Origin: a virus
Taxonomy: Duplodnaviria > Caudoviricetes
Virus record (IMG/VR): IMGVR_UViG_3300027672_001796
Reading direction: 5' to 3' (one strand)
Length of the DNA stretch: 64,000 nucleotides
Positions 9,089 to 17,210 of the stretch are shown here, piece after piece. The translations under genes were made by a program, and so were the position numbers. Every line of letters starts with the position of its first letter. Position 1 is the first letter of the stretch. A model generated the notes under the pieces. That model was not told the DNA's origin. It was given only the letters and a program-made list of their open reading frames with translations, and searched no databases.

Positions 9089-10457
9089 CAACTACACACC
9101 CGAAATACAAGAACTATTTTTAAGGTTTATTGTCAGTGACCCTGAACTATTTGTAAGGGTAAACACTATTGTACGCCCTTATATGTTTGATAAGAAGTTT
9201 CAAAAGACAATAACATTCCTTCAAGAGCATACAACTGAATATAATGCAATACCTACTATTGACCAAATAGAAGCGACAACTGGTTTATTACTAGAGCGTG
9301 TTGAAGGCATTAGTGATAACCATACAGACTGGTTTCTTGATAGTTTAGAAAGATTTTGTAGACACAAAGCACTAGAAAAAGCAATCTTGGATAGCACGGA
9401 CTTATTAGAAACGGGCGATTATGGTGCAGTAGAGAATAAAATTAAAGAAGCAACACAGGTTAGTCTCGTAAAAGACTTAGGTCTTGAATATTTTGAAAAT
9501 CCTAAAGAAAGATTGGAATGGATTAGAGCCCAAAGTGGTGCAACAAGTAGTGGCTGGAAAATGTTTGACCAAAAGTTATATGGTGGCATGAACAGAGGCG
9601 AGATTACAATCTTTGCTGGAGGATCTGGTGCAGGTAAAAGTTTGTTCTTGCAGAACTTAGGTGTTAACTGGGCATTAGCAGGACTTAATGTTGTATACAT
9701 TAGTTTAGAGCTTAGTGAACAACTTATTAGTATGCGTTTAGATGCAATGGTCAGTGAACATAGTACTAGAGACATCATGCGTAATATAGATGATGTTGAT
9801 TTAAAAGTAAGAATGAAAGGTAAGAGTGCAGGCAAGTTCCGTATTAAGCAAATGTCGAGTGGTATTAATGCAAACGATATTAGAGCATACGTTAGAGAGT
9901 ATGAAATCAACCATGATGTTAAAGTAGACTGTTTACTTGTAGATTATTTAGACTTGATGAGTCCTATTAGTACAAAAATTAGTGCTAATGACCAGTTTAT
10001 TAAAGACAAATATGTATCTGAAGAATTGCGTAACATTGCAATGGAAAGAAACATACTATTTGCAACAGCATCTCAGTTAAACAGAGGAGCAGTAGAAGAA
10101 ATTGAATTTGACCACAGTCATATTGCTGGTGGTATTAGTAAAATCCAAACAGCAGATAATGTTGTGGGTATCTTTACTAGTAATGCTATGAGAGAACGTG
10201 GCAGATATCAAATACAGTTTATGAAAACACGTTCTAGTAGTGGAGTGGGCAGTAAAGTAGATTTAAAGTTTAATCCAGACACTTTAAGAGTTACAGATTT
10301 AGATGAAGATGACGATGATGCACTAACAGTAACAACAAATAGCCTAGTTAATCAGCTAAAAAGAACCAATACTATTAAAACAGACGAGCCAGAAGCATCC
10401 AGCACAGTTAACGCGGCATTAAACATTAGAGAGTTCATGAAGAAAAATGATGTCTAA
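9078..10457 (+). CDS. Replicative DNA helicase (T4 gp41/DnaB family)
   Basis: Walker A GGSGAGKS, ISLELSE, Walker B LLVDYLDLM, TASQLNR, QFMKTRSS. Confidence 0.92.
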   Translation: MEDNNYTPEIQELFLRFIVSDPELFVRVNTIVRPYMFDKKFQKTITFLQEHTTEYNAIPTIDQIEATTGLLLERVEGISDNHTDWFLDSLERFCRHKALEKAILDSTDLLETGDYGAVENKIKEATQVSLVKDLGLEYFENPKERLEWIRAQSGATSSGWKMFDQKLYGGMNRGEITIFAGGSGAGKSLFLQNLGVNWALAGLNVVYISLELSEQLISMRLDAMVSEHSTRDIMRNIDDVDLKVRMKGKSAGKFRIKQMSSGINANDIRAYVREYEINHDVKVDCLLVDYLDLMSPISTKISANDQFIKDKYVSEELRNIAMERNILFATASQLNRGAVEEIEFDHSHIAGGISKIQTADNVVGIFTSNAMRERGRYQIQFMKTRSSSGVGSKVDLKFNPDTLRVTDLDEDDDDALTVTTNSLVNQLKRTNTIKTDEPEASSTVNAALNIREFMKKNDV

Positions 10458-10459
10458 AT

Positions 10460-10467
10460 GATAAATA
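10460..10467 (+). promoter_or_regulatory. Late promoter GATAAATA opening the head-protein block
   Basis: Immediately after the helicase stop. Confidence 0.55.
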
Positions 10468-10489
10468 TGACTATAACGAGAAATAATTT

Positions 10490-10738
10490 ATGAAAAAGTC
10501 AAGAAGTATATTAGAAGAATTGAACTCTATTAGCACAGATAGAAACAAGCACCACGTTTTGGAAAACAGAGTGGAGCACCTAGTTTCTAGTGCGGCTAAC
10601 ATTAAAGAGATATTATATTCTTTATACGAGGAAGATGTTGCATTGGATTTAGAACGTAGACTCATTAACAGCATTAAAAGTGGCGATCCTAAAAAATTCT
10701 CTCGAGGCATAAACAAAGCCACAAAAGAATCTAAATAA
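10490..10738 (+). CDS. Hypothetical 82-aa helical protein
   Basis: ORF in operon context. Confidence 0.6.
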   Translation: MKKSRSILEELNSISTDRNKHHVLENRVEHLVSSAANIKEILYSLYEEDVALDLERRLINSIKSGDPKKFSRGINKATKESK

Positions 10739-10748
10739 GAGAACTTGT

Positions 10749-12167
10749 ATGAAACTCGATGAACTAACTAATGCAGAGATGGTACCAGGCGGTGTAAAGG
10801 ATCGTTTAGCAAGGAAGAAAGCGGCTAACCCGGCACCAGCACAACCCACAGCAGAACCAACACCAGAACCTACAGGGCCTACAGGCGCTCCAGCTGGAAC
10901 AGTTGTTTCTCAATCAAACGGCGAATTTTATACTAAGTCTGCAGAAGGTACTTGGGCACAGTCCGATGAAAAAGGAACGTTAACTGGCAGACCAGCTGAA
11001 AATCCTAACAGTTCAATGGCGTTAGAATTAGAAAAGCAGTCAGCTCAAGCAGGCGTACAACAGCCAACAGCTACACCAACTGCTACAGCTACACCAACTG
11101 CTACAGCAACACCAACACCAACTGCTACAGCACCAGCAACACCGAGACCTATTAGAAAAGGTGAATTACTTAAAGCATCAGACGGCTTTGTATACGAGTG
11201 GCAAGGTGCTCAATGGATTAATCAAAGAAACGGCAGAATGGCAACAAAGGAAGTAGGAGCAGAACTTACAAAGAAAGCACAGCCAGTACAACCTACAGCA
11301 ACAGCACAACCTACAGCAACAGCACAACCTACAGCAACAGCACAACCTACAGCAACAGCGGCACCAGTACAACCTACAGCAACAGCGGCACCAGTTGCCC
11401 CACAGAAACCAGTTGGCGGAGTTGTACCACAAGCACCATCAACAGCAGGTATGAGTAGAAGCGGAGCACCGCAGGCAGAAATTGATCCTAAAACAGGAGT
11501 TGTTGCCGCACCAGAGCCAGAAGGCGTAATGGATAAGATTAAACGTGGAGCTCAAGCAGTAGGCGATAAAATTGCAACAGCGGCAGGTGGACCATTAGCA
11601 AGTAAAACAAGACAAAATCCTAATGCAACACGTGGTCAAAAAATTGGCGCAACAGTTGGAGCAGGACTTGGACGAGCAATGTCAGGTGGAGCAAAAGCTA
11701 TAGGTCAAATGATGAAAAAGAGAGGCGGACAAGCACCAGCACAAGGTCAAGCACAACCTAAAGCATTAAAGCCAGTCCCAGGGCCTACTACAGCAGAACT
11801 AAAAAGTTTACAAAAAAGAACACTAGGTGGTGATTTAGAAGCTGGCAAACAATTAGTTGCAACATTAAGTAATTTAAAGAAAGGCGGATATGATGCTGAT
11901 AACTTTATACAAGCCGCCGCACCAGTATTAAAGAAAGGTGGACTACCGCAATCAGATCCACAAGCATACACACATTTTACTAAACTTGCTAGAAGTATGA
12001 GAGCAGAAGCATACAAGCATGTTTGTAAGATATTAGAACATGCTGGAATTAGTTGGGCTGACTTAGGATATGAAGTATTACTTTCAGAATCAGTTACATC
12101 ACATGTGATGTTAATAGAAACAAAAGACATACAACTATACAACCTCAAAAAATTATCAGGCATTTAA
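10749..12167 (+). CDS. Probable virion/head protein with Pro/Thr/Ala/Gln-rich linkers
   Basis: MKLDELTNAE start; two short Trp-containing beta modules separated by PTAT and QPTATA repeats; ends LKKLSGI. Confidence 0.6.
   Translation: MKLDELTNAEMVPGGVKDRLARKKAANPAPAQPTAEPTPEPTGPTGAPAGTVVSQSNGEFYTKSAEGTWAQSDEKGTLTGRPAENPNSSMALELEKQSAQAGVQQPTATPTATATPTATATPTPTATAPATPRPIRKGELLKASDGFVYEWQGAQWINQRNGRMATKEVGAELTKKAQPVQPTATAQPTATAQPTATAQPTATAAPVQPTATAAPVAPQKPVGGVVPQAPSTAGMSRSGAPQAEIDPKTGVVAAPEPEGVMDKIKRGAQAVGDKIATAAGGPLASKTRQNPNATRGQKIGATVGAGLGRAMSGGAKAIGQMMKKRGGQAPAQGQAQPKALKPVPGPTTAELKSLQKRTLGGDLEAGKQLVATLSNLKKGGYDADNFIQAAAPVLKKGGLPQSDPQAYTHFTKLARSMRAEAYKHVCKILEHAGISWADLGYEVLLSESVTSHVMLIETKDIQLYNLKKLSGI
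11061..11143 (+). repeat. Coding tandem repeat encoding (TPTATA)n
   Basis: About three imperfect 18-nt units ACACCAACTGCTACAGC(T/A). Confidence 0.8.
11289..11396 (+). repeat. Coding tandem repeat encoding (QPTATA)n
   Basis: Four consecutive 18-nt units CAACCTACAGCAACAGC(A/G), then GCACCAGTA and a fifth unit. Confidence 0.9.
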
Positions 12168-12168
12168 A

Positions 12169-13449
12169 ATGAATATTAATGAGATAGCAAAGCCTCTTAT
12201 TACACAATTACTTACAGAGAGTCATTTTCAAGAAGGTAAGGAAGGTAAGAATACTCATTTAGAGCATTTAGAGGATAACATCTTTAACAAAGGATATCCC
12301 GGAGCCAAAGAAGCAGTAAATTATTTGTATAGTTTACATGATATGCTAGATGGCAAATCACAACAAGCAGTAAGCATGACAACTAAGTGGGACGGCGCTC
12401 CAGCCATTATTGCTGGCAAAGATCCAGCAACTGGTAAGTTCTTTGTAGGCACCAAAGGCGTATTTGCAAAAATTCCTAAAATGAATTTTACCACTAACGA
12501 CATCAAACTAAATCATCCTGGACAAGATGACCTGCAGAATAAATTAGCATTAGCATTAACTAAATTAAGTAAACTAACTTGGAATACAGTAGCACAGGGA
12601 GATTTTCTTTTTGCGAAAGACACTCTAAGTGAAAAAGAAATTGATGGAGAAAGTTATTTAATTTTTAAACCTAACACATTAGTATATGCTGTGCCTTCCC
12701 AAAGCGAACTGTCTAGTCAGATAGTAAAAAGTGATATAGGTATTGTTTGGCATACAGAATATGTAGGCGGTCCAACATTAGCAGACACTCAAGCAAAGTT
12801 TGGATTTGATAGTAGTGTATTAGGACAAGCACCTGGTGTTTGGCACAGAGATGCAATTATTAAAGACCTTAGTGGCACAGTTACATTTACTGCTACTGAA
12901 AGTGCAGACATTATGTCGGCTATTGCTACAGCAGACCAGTACTTAAAAACTGTAGACCAGGATACATTTGCTTGGTTAGGACAGGGCACAGACTTAGTAG
13001 GCAAAGAGTTCTTACAGCAATTAAAAGCACATGCAAACAATCAAGTAAGGCAAGGACATTTTGACGAACCTACTAAATTTGCACAAGGCTTTGTACAAAA
13101 ATATATAGACTACATGACAAAAGAAATAGACAAAGTTAAAACACAAAAAAGTATCGATGCTAAAACAGAAAAAATGGTAGCAGGCGTTAAATTTATTAGA
13201 GAACATTTACAAAGTATTGTATCAGTGTATGACTTATATTTAAAACTTATTGAAGCAAAAATTAAAATAGTTAAGAAGCTAGAACAAATCCGTGTAATGA
13301 ATACATTTGTACCAACAGAAGATGGATATGAAGTAACAGGCGAAGAAGGCTTTGTTGCAGTTGACAGAATGGGCAATGCATTAAAACTGGTAGACAGATT
13401 AGAGTTTAGTAGACTTAACTTTGGATCAGGTAAACCTAGTGGAAAATAA
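12169..13449 (+). CDS. Ligase-like covalent nucleotidyltransferase (RNA-ligase/capping-enzyme fold), probably head-packaged
   Basis: Motif I TTKWDGAPA, motif III QGDFLF, motif IV EEGFVA, motif V KLVDRLEFS; N-terminal NTHLEHLED; MNINE start. Confidence 0.65.
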   Translation: MNINEIAKPLITQLLTESHFQEGKEGKNTHLEHLEDNIFNKGYPGAKEAVNYLYSLHDMLDGKSQQAVSMTTKWDGAPAIIAGKDPATGKFFVGTKGVFAKIPKMNFTTNDIKLNHPGQDDLQNKLALALTKLSKLTWNTVAQGDFLFAKDTLSEKEIDGESYLIFKPNTLVYAVPSQSELSSQIVKSDIGIVWHTEYVGGPTLADTQAKFGFDSSVLGQAPGVWHRDAIIKDLSGTVTFTATESADIMSAIATADQYLKTVDQDTFAWLGQGTDLVGKEFLQQLKAHANNQVRQGHFDEPTKFAQGFVQKYIDYMTKEIDKVKTQKSIDAKTEKMVAGVKFIREHLQSIVSVYDLYLKLIEAKIKIVKKLEQIRVMNTFVPTEDGYEVTGEEGFVAVDRMGNALKLVDRLEFSRLNFGSGKPSGK

Positions 13450-14212
13450 TTTAGACTTAAAGTTAGTTAATAAAGAGTTATGTGAAAGCAAGTTATATAG
13501 ATCAACGTCTGGCTTTAAAAGTCTGACAGGTAGAGATATTGCAGATTTATTTTATTTGCAAACACTAAGTCTTATAATGATGTATCAAGATAACAAGCAA
13601 CAGGACTATGCGTTAGTGTATGCAAGAAAAACATGCCAGTATGGACCCTATGCAGTTTTTAGAACAGCGGCAACTGACTTGTACATGTTAGGGTTTGCTA
13701 TTAACAATCCTGACTACCAAAGTTTAAAGTTTAAAAGTAAAGATGTAAGTTTTTTAAATTCTTTACAATTCCAAAACAGAAAGCATTATGCTTTTATGCA
13801 ACGTGTACAACGACAGGGTCTTAGTAAAAGTGATATTACAACAACTCTGTTTAGGTTCGAATCACAATTACAAATTAAAAATCCAATACTTAAACAGTTA
13901 AGACGATTAATTATAAGTTGGCCCAGTCTAAAATTTGCTCAACGACAGTTAGTTGTTAGTAAAATAATCCAGTTAATGAGATTAAAAGGAAGAGGCAGTG
14001 AGATATTTACTCAAGTAAGTTCAATGAGCTCTAGAAAGGAACTTAAACCTATACCAAAAACATCGACTCTTAAACGTGCCGCTGGTACGGCAGTTGGTGC
14101 CTATGCAGGAAGTAAAATCTTGCCAAGAGTATCAAGTAAAATATCATCTGTTTCAGGTGCCGGCATTGGCGCAATCGCAGGGTATTGGGCAAGTGGACGA
14201 AAAAAGGCATAA
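13439..14212 (+). CDS. Hypothetical phage protein with C-terminal glycine-zipper-like helices
   Basis: Probable GTG start at 13439; GTAVGAYAG and GAGIGAIAG at C-terminus. Confidence 0.55.
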   Translation: MENNLDLKLVNKELCESKLYRSTSGFKSLTGRDIADLFYLQTLSLIMMYQDNKQQDYALVYARKTCQYGPYAVFRTAATDLYMLGFAINNPDYQSLKFKSKDVSFLNSLQFQNRKHYAFMQRVQRQGLSKSDITTTLFRFESQLQIKNPILKQLRRLIISWPSLKFAQRQLVVSKIIQLMRLKGRGSEIFTQVSSMSSRKELKPIPKTSTLKRAAGTAVGAYAGSKILPRVSSKISSVSGAGIGAIAGYWASGRKKA

Positions 14213-14213
14213 G

Positions 14214-14221
14214 GATAAATA
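14214..14221 (+). promoter_or_regulatory. Late promoter, 5 nt before ATG
   Basis: GATAAATA-gttgt-ATG. Confidence 0.6.
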
Positions 14222-14226
14222 GTTGT

Positions 14227-14760
14227 ATGAAAATAAGTGAAATAGAAGCACCGGGCAAAACCTTAGACCAATTACATAAAGAATGGGTAGTAGCTTATAG
14301 TCCGGACGGTGCCACTCAAGCGAGGGTATGGTCACAGGCAATTAAAGCCCAGGCGGCTGGTATGGAACCAGCAAGAGCACATAATTCTGCATTGTCGGCT
14401 GTTAATAGTAGTAATGATCGCAGACAAGATAGGGCGTTAAACCAACGACAAGCTGATAGAAAAGACAAGCCGTTTGTTGGCGTACCAATGAAGCAAAAAG
14501 GAACTCCACCCACTGCATCAGATTCACCCAAAACTAGAGGCGGACAAATAGGTAACCAAAATGCTTATAGAGGCGGCCCAAAAGCAAAAGCTGGTCCAGG
14601 CAAGAACGCGATTGACGTAATGAAAGACAAATGGGACGATTTCAACAAAGTTGATGGTTTAGCAGGCAAATCTGCCGCTAAAGGAAGTATGATATCAAAA
14701 TATCTCAATAAAGCCGCCGGCGAGATAGTAGCAATGGGTGATAGAGCCCGAAGGAAGTAA
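14227..14760 (+). CDS. Probable head-internal protein
   Basis: MKISEIE start (true ATG 14227 inside the 14185 ORF); basic, low-complexity sequence. Confidence 0.6.
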   Translation: MKISEIEAPGKTLDQLHKEWVVAYSPDGATQARVWSQAIKAQAAGMEPARAHNSALSAVNSSNDRRQDRALNQRQADRKDKPFVGVPMKQKGTPPTASDSPKTRGGQIGNQNAYRGGPKAKAGPGKNAIDVMKDKWDDFNKVDGLAGKSAAKGSMISKYLNKAAGEIVAMGDRARRK

Positions 14761-14805
14761 TACCTATTTAACTACAATAAAACACTCTTAAAATCTCCTA
14801 TTTTG

Positions 14806-14813
14806 CATAAATA
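14806..14813 (+). promoter_or_regulatory. Late promoter CATAAATA
   Basis: Upstream of AGGAG RBS and the 14847 ATG. Confidence 0.55.
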
Positions 14814-14846
14814 AACGTAACATTAACAAATTCTAGGAGAATTAAC

Positions 14847-15215
14847 ATGGCACAAACTCAAAACACAGGCGCCGCAGTAGCACCAGGTCACTATAGTGGT
14901 CTTCCTCTTGCAGGCGTTCAAGTAGATTTCGGTGTTGACGTTTCAGCTAAATTGGCTGTAGGCGGAGCATTAGATATATTTTTAAAAGCAGTCGGTAACG
15001 AAGGCTTAACACCAGTAGCAGTTGGCACAGTCGACGCAACAGGTGGAGCAGGACAAGGACTTAAGGTTCTTTTCGAAGGCACACATGGAACAGACAAATA
15101 TGACGGAACTAACAGTGAAGCTCTAGCGGCTCATTTGGAAGACGTTGTAATTGCTCTTACAGACGCTGATGGCGTTACATGGGCTAACGTAACTGTTGTA
15201 GCATTTACTCTTTAA
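14847..15215 (+). CDS. Small Ala/Gly/Val-rich virion protein, paralogue A
   Basis: Strong AGGAG RBS, own late promoter and terminator; similar to 15396-15725. Confidence 0.7.
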   Translation: MAQTQNTGAAVAPGHYSGLPLAGVQVDFGVDVSAKLAVGGALDIFLKAVGNEGLTPVAVGTVDATGGAGQGLKVLFEGTHGTDKYDGTNSEALAAHLEDVVIALTDADGVTWANVTVVAFTL

Positions 15216-15234
15216 GATTAAATCACAAACATTT

Positions 15235-15260
15235 AAAAAGCACCTTACGGTGCTTTTTTT
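15235..15260 (+). terminator. Rho-independent terminator (A-tract on the 5' side, possibly bidirectional)
   Basis: AAAAAGCACC-TTAC-GGTGCTTTTTTT. Confidence 0.9.
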
Positions 15261-15303
15261 ATGAGTTTAACTTTATGCAACATACGAATAAACTCTACAT
15301 TTA

Positions 15304-15311
15304 GATAAATA
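15304..15311 (+). promoter_or_regulatory. Late promoter GATAAATA
   Basis: Precedes the structured leader of paralogue B. Confidence 0.55.
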
Positions 15312-15395
15312 AAAGTAACCAGAATACATATCTAATTTAATTTGGTAGTGGTACAAAGACCACAGATATGTAAATTTATAATTAGGAGTCATATT

Positions 15396-15725
15396 ATGGC
15401 ATTAGTAAGAGTAGCAGGGGCAGGTTTTGCCCATGGAGTTTCATTTTCAACAGCACAAGTAACAGCGATCGAAATCGATGCAGGTGTATCATTAGCGGCT
15501 AAAGACGGTTTAGGCGGAGCAGTAGAAAACATCGTATCAGAGTTTTCACCATTGCTTTACATCTCAACAGGCACAGCTGGTAAGATCTTTGCAATCGTTG
15601 ACGGCGTTAATATTGACGCGGCATCATTGACAAAAAGATTACAAGCAAAGGGTACAATAGACGGTGTTAATTTATCAGCACAGACAGTTGTAATCCGCGA
15701 TTTAGCTTCGTTCAGCGCCGCATAG
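15396..15725 (+). CDS. Small virion protein, paralogue B
   Basis: AGGAG RBS at 15384-15388, ATG 15396; AIEIDAGVSLAAKDGLGGAVE aligns with GVQVDFGVDVSAKLAVGGALD of paralogue A. Confidence 0.7.
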   Translation: MALVRVAGAGFAHGVSFSTAQVTAIEIDAGVSLAAKDGLGGAVENIVSEFSPLLYISTGTAGKIFAIVDGVNIDAASLTKRLQAKGTIDGVNLSAQTVVIRDLASFSAA

Positions 15726-15782
15726 TAGTTTAAAAATATCCTAACTACCTTAGGTTCGTGACAACGGAAGGCGTCACATTTT

Positions 15783-15810
15783 AAAAGCACTCTTAGGAGT
15801 GCTTTTTTTT
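15783..15810 (+). terminator. Rho-independent terminator
   Basis: AAAAGCACTC-TTAG-GAGTGCTTTTTTTT. Confidence 0.9.
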
Positions 15811-15845
15811 GAATATAATTTCTGTATAGTAAAAACTGATAAAGT

Positions 15846-15853
15846 GATAAATA
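15846..15853 (+). promoter_or_regulatory. Late promoter GATAAATA
   Basis: Upstream of GGAG RBS and ATG 15880. Confidence 0.55.
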
Positions 15854-15879
15854 GTTGTAAGAATACACAGGAGACATAC

Positions 15880-16284
15880 ATGAGTTTAATAAGAGGTGGG
15901 GCAATGGGCTCCGTAGAAGCACTAACAGGTAATATAGAATTTTTTACTTTGTTTACTTCAATTGACATAACTGTAACCGGTGATTATGACGATAACACTC
16001 AAAAAGATTTTGAAAGTGTTGTACAAGTAATAGGATTAAGGGCAATGCCTGTAGTGATGAATAATCCTGTAGCACTAAATGGAGTTGGTACAAACTTATT
16101 ACAAACTTATGGAGCACCAACTATGACAGGTGCCGGGTGGATATTTAAATTTGCTACAGAAGTGCCACATGCACATACTGTTGCAACTTTAGTTAATGAA
16201 CTTAACGGCATAGTGCTTAACAGCGGAACATTAGATACAACGGGCACCATAAACATGGAGTTCACTAAACAGGATTTATTATAA
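15880..16284 (+). CDS. Small virion protein, probable distant paralogue C
   Basis: CAGGAG RBS; MSLIRGG start resembles MALVRVAG; similar size and beta/alpha pattern. Confidence 0.6.
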   Translation: MSLIRGGAMGSVEALTGNIEFFTLFTSIDITVTGDYDDNTQKDFESVVQVIGLRAMPVVMNNPVALNGVGTNLLQTYGAPTMTGAGWIFKFATEVPHAHTVATLVNELNGIVLNSGTLDTTGTINMEFTKQDLL

Positions 16285-16285
16285 A

Positions 16286-16537
16286 ATGGCTAAGAAACTA
16301 GACCCAGATGCAGTACCAGAGATACAAGTGTACGCAGATAAAGAAAATTTAGAAGCTCATATCATTGCTGATATGCTTCGGATAGAAAGTATTACTACAG
16401 AACTTAGAGAGTTTAAAGTAGATACTAAAGAAAGATTAAATAAAATTGAAAATTGGGTACTAGCAATTGTTGGTACTACATTTACAACATTAGTTACTAT
16501 TGTAATTGCAATAGGCGTTACTTTGGCAGGTGGCTAA
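16286..16537 (+). CDS. Small coiled-coil protein with C-terminal transmembrane helix
   Basis: RIESITTELREFKVDTKERLNKIE followed by WVLAIVGTTFTTLVTIVIAIGVTL. Confidence 0.65.
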   Translation: MAKKLDPDAVPEIQVYADKENLEAHIIADMLRIESITTELREFKVDTKERLNKIENWVLAIVGTTFTTLVTIVIAIGVTLAGG

Positions 16538-16911
16538 TGAGAATACATGAATATATGAATCCAAGTGATGAGATAACATTAGAAGAAGGACAATGTTTTC
16601 ATGAAGAGTTTGGAGTATTAGCGTATAGCGAGTGCGAAGAAAACGTATTCGAAGCAGAATATCAAGGTCGTAAGGTTAAACTAAACAAGCCTATGCAAGG
16701 CGATTCTAAAAAGTTTAAAGTTTATGTCAAAGATCCTAAAACAGGTAATGTTAAAAAAGTAAACTTTGGACAAGGTGGTGACGCTAAAGGCGGCACAATG
16801 CGTATCAGAAAATCCAATCCAAAAGCAAGAAAAAGTTTTAGAGCAAGACACAATTGCGAGAATCCAGGACCAAAAACAAAAGCCAGGTACTGGTCATGCA
16901 GGAAATGGTAA
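16537..16911 (+). CDS. Basic conserved phage domain protein (RARHxC...YWSC), probable head protein
   Basis: MRIHE start at 16537; ARKSFRARHNC...KTKARYWSCRKW, a motif recalled from marine T4-like phages. Confidence 0.65.
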   Translation: MRIHEYMNPSDEITLEEGQCFHEEFGVLAYSECEENVFEAEYQGRKVKLNKPMQGDSKKFKVYVKDPKTGNVKKVNFGQGGDAKGGTMRIRKSNPKARKSFRARHNCENPGPKTKARYWSCRKW

Positions 16912-16912
16912 A

Positions 16913-17209
16913 ATGCGATTAGAAGAAATTACAGAAGAATCGATTGTCGAAGCCAGAATGGTTTGGCGCAAAATGGGTAATAAAGTTAAACGTGCCGTAA
17001 GATGTACTAGTGGCAGACGTAAAGGTAGAGTAGTATCTAATGCGGCTCAATGTCATAAACCAGTAGATATTAAAAAACGTATGGTATTAAGACGAACCAA
17101 AGCCAAGATGGGTGCTAGGATGTCTAGAAAGTCACAAAGATCAAAAAGAATGAATCCAGCTAGTAGAAGGCTAAAAACATTAAACAAATCAAGTAATAGA
17201 AGAAGGTAA
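16913..17209 (+). CDS. Very basic small head protein
   Basis: MRLEEITEESIVEA start then K/R-rich body with RCTSG...QC. Confidence 0.65.
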   Translation: MRLEEITEESIVEARMVWRKMGNKVKRAVRCTSGRRKGRVVSNAAQCHKPVDIKKRMVLRRTKAKMGARMSRKSQRSKRMNPASRRLKTLNKSSNRRR

Positions 17210-17210
17210 T

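Noticed and set aside
11061-11396. Tandem repeats as a possible CRISPR array
   Set aside because: Units are contiguous 18-mers with no unique spacers and lie in frame within a protein; no repeat-spacer array was seen anywhere in the window.
11178-11432. Cys-rich antisense ORF (CCCRLCCCC) resembling a metallothionein or toxin
   Set aside because: It is simply the reverse complement of the QPTATA coding repeat; no promoter or RBS.
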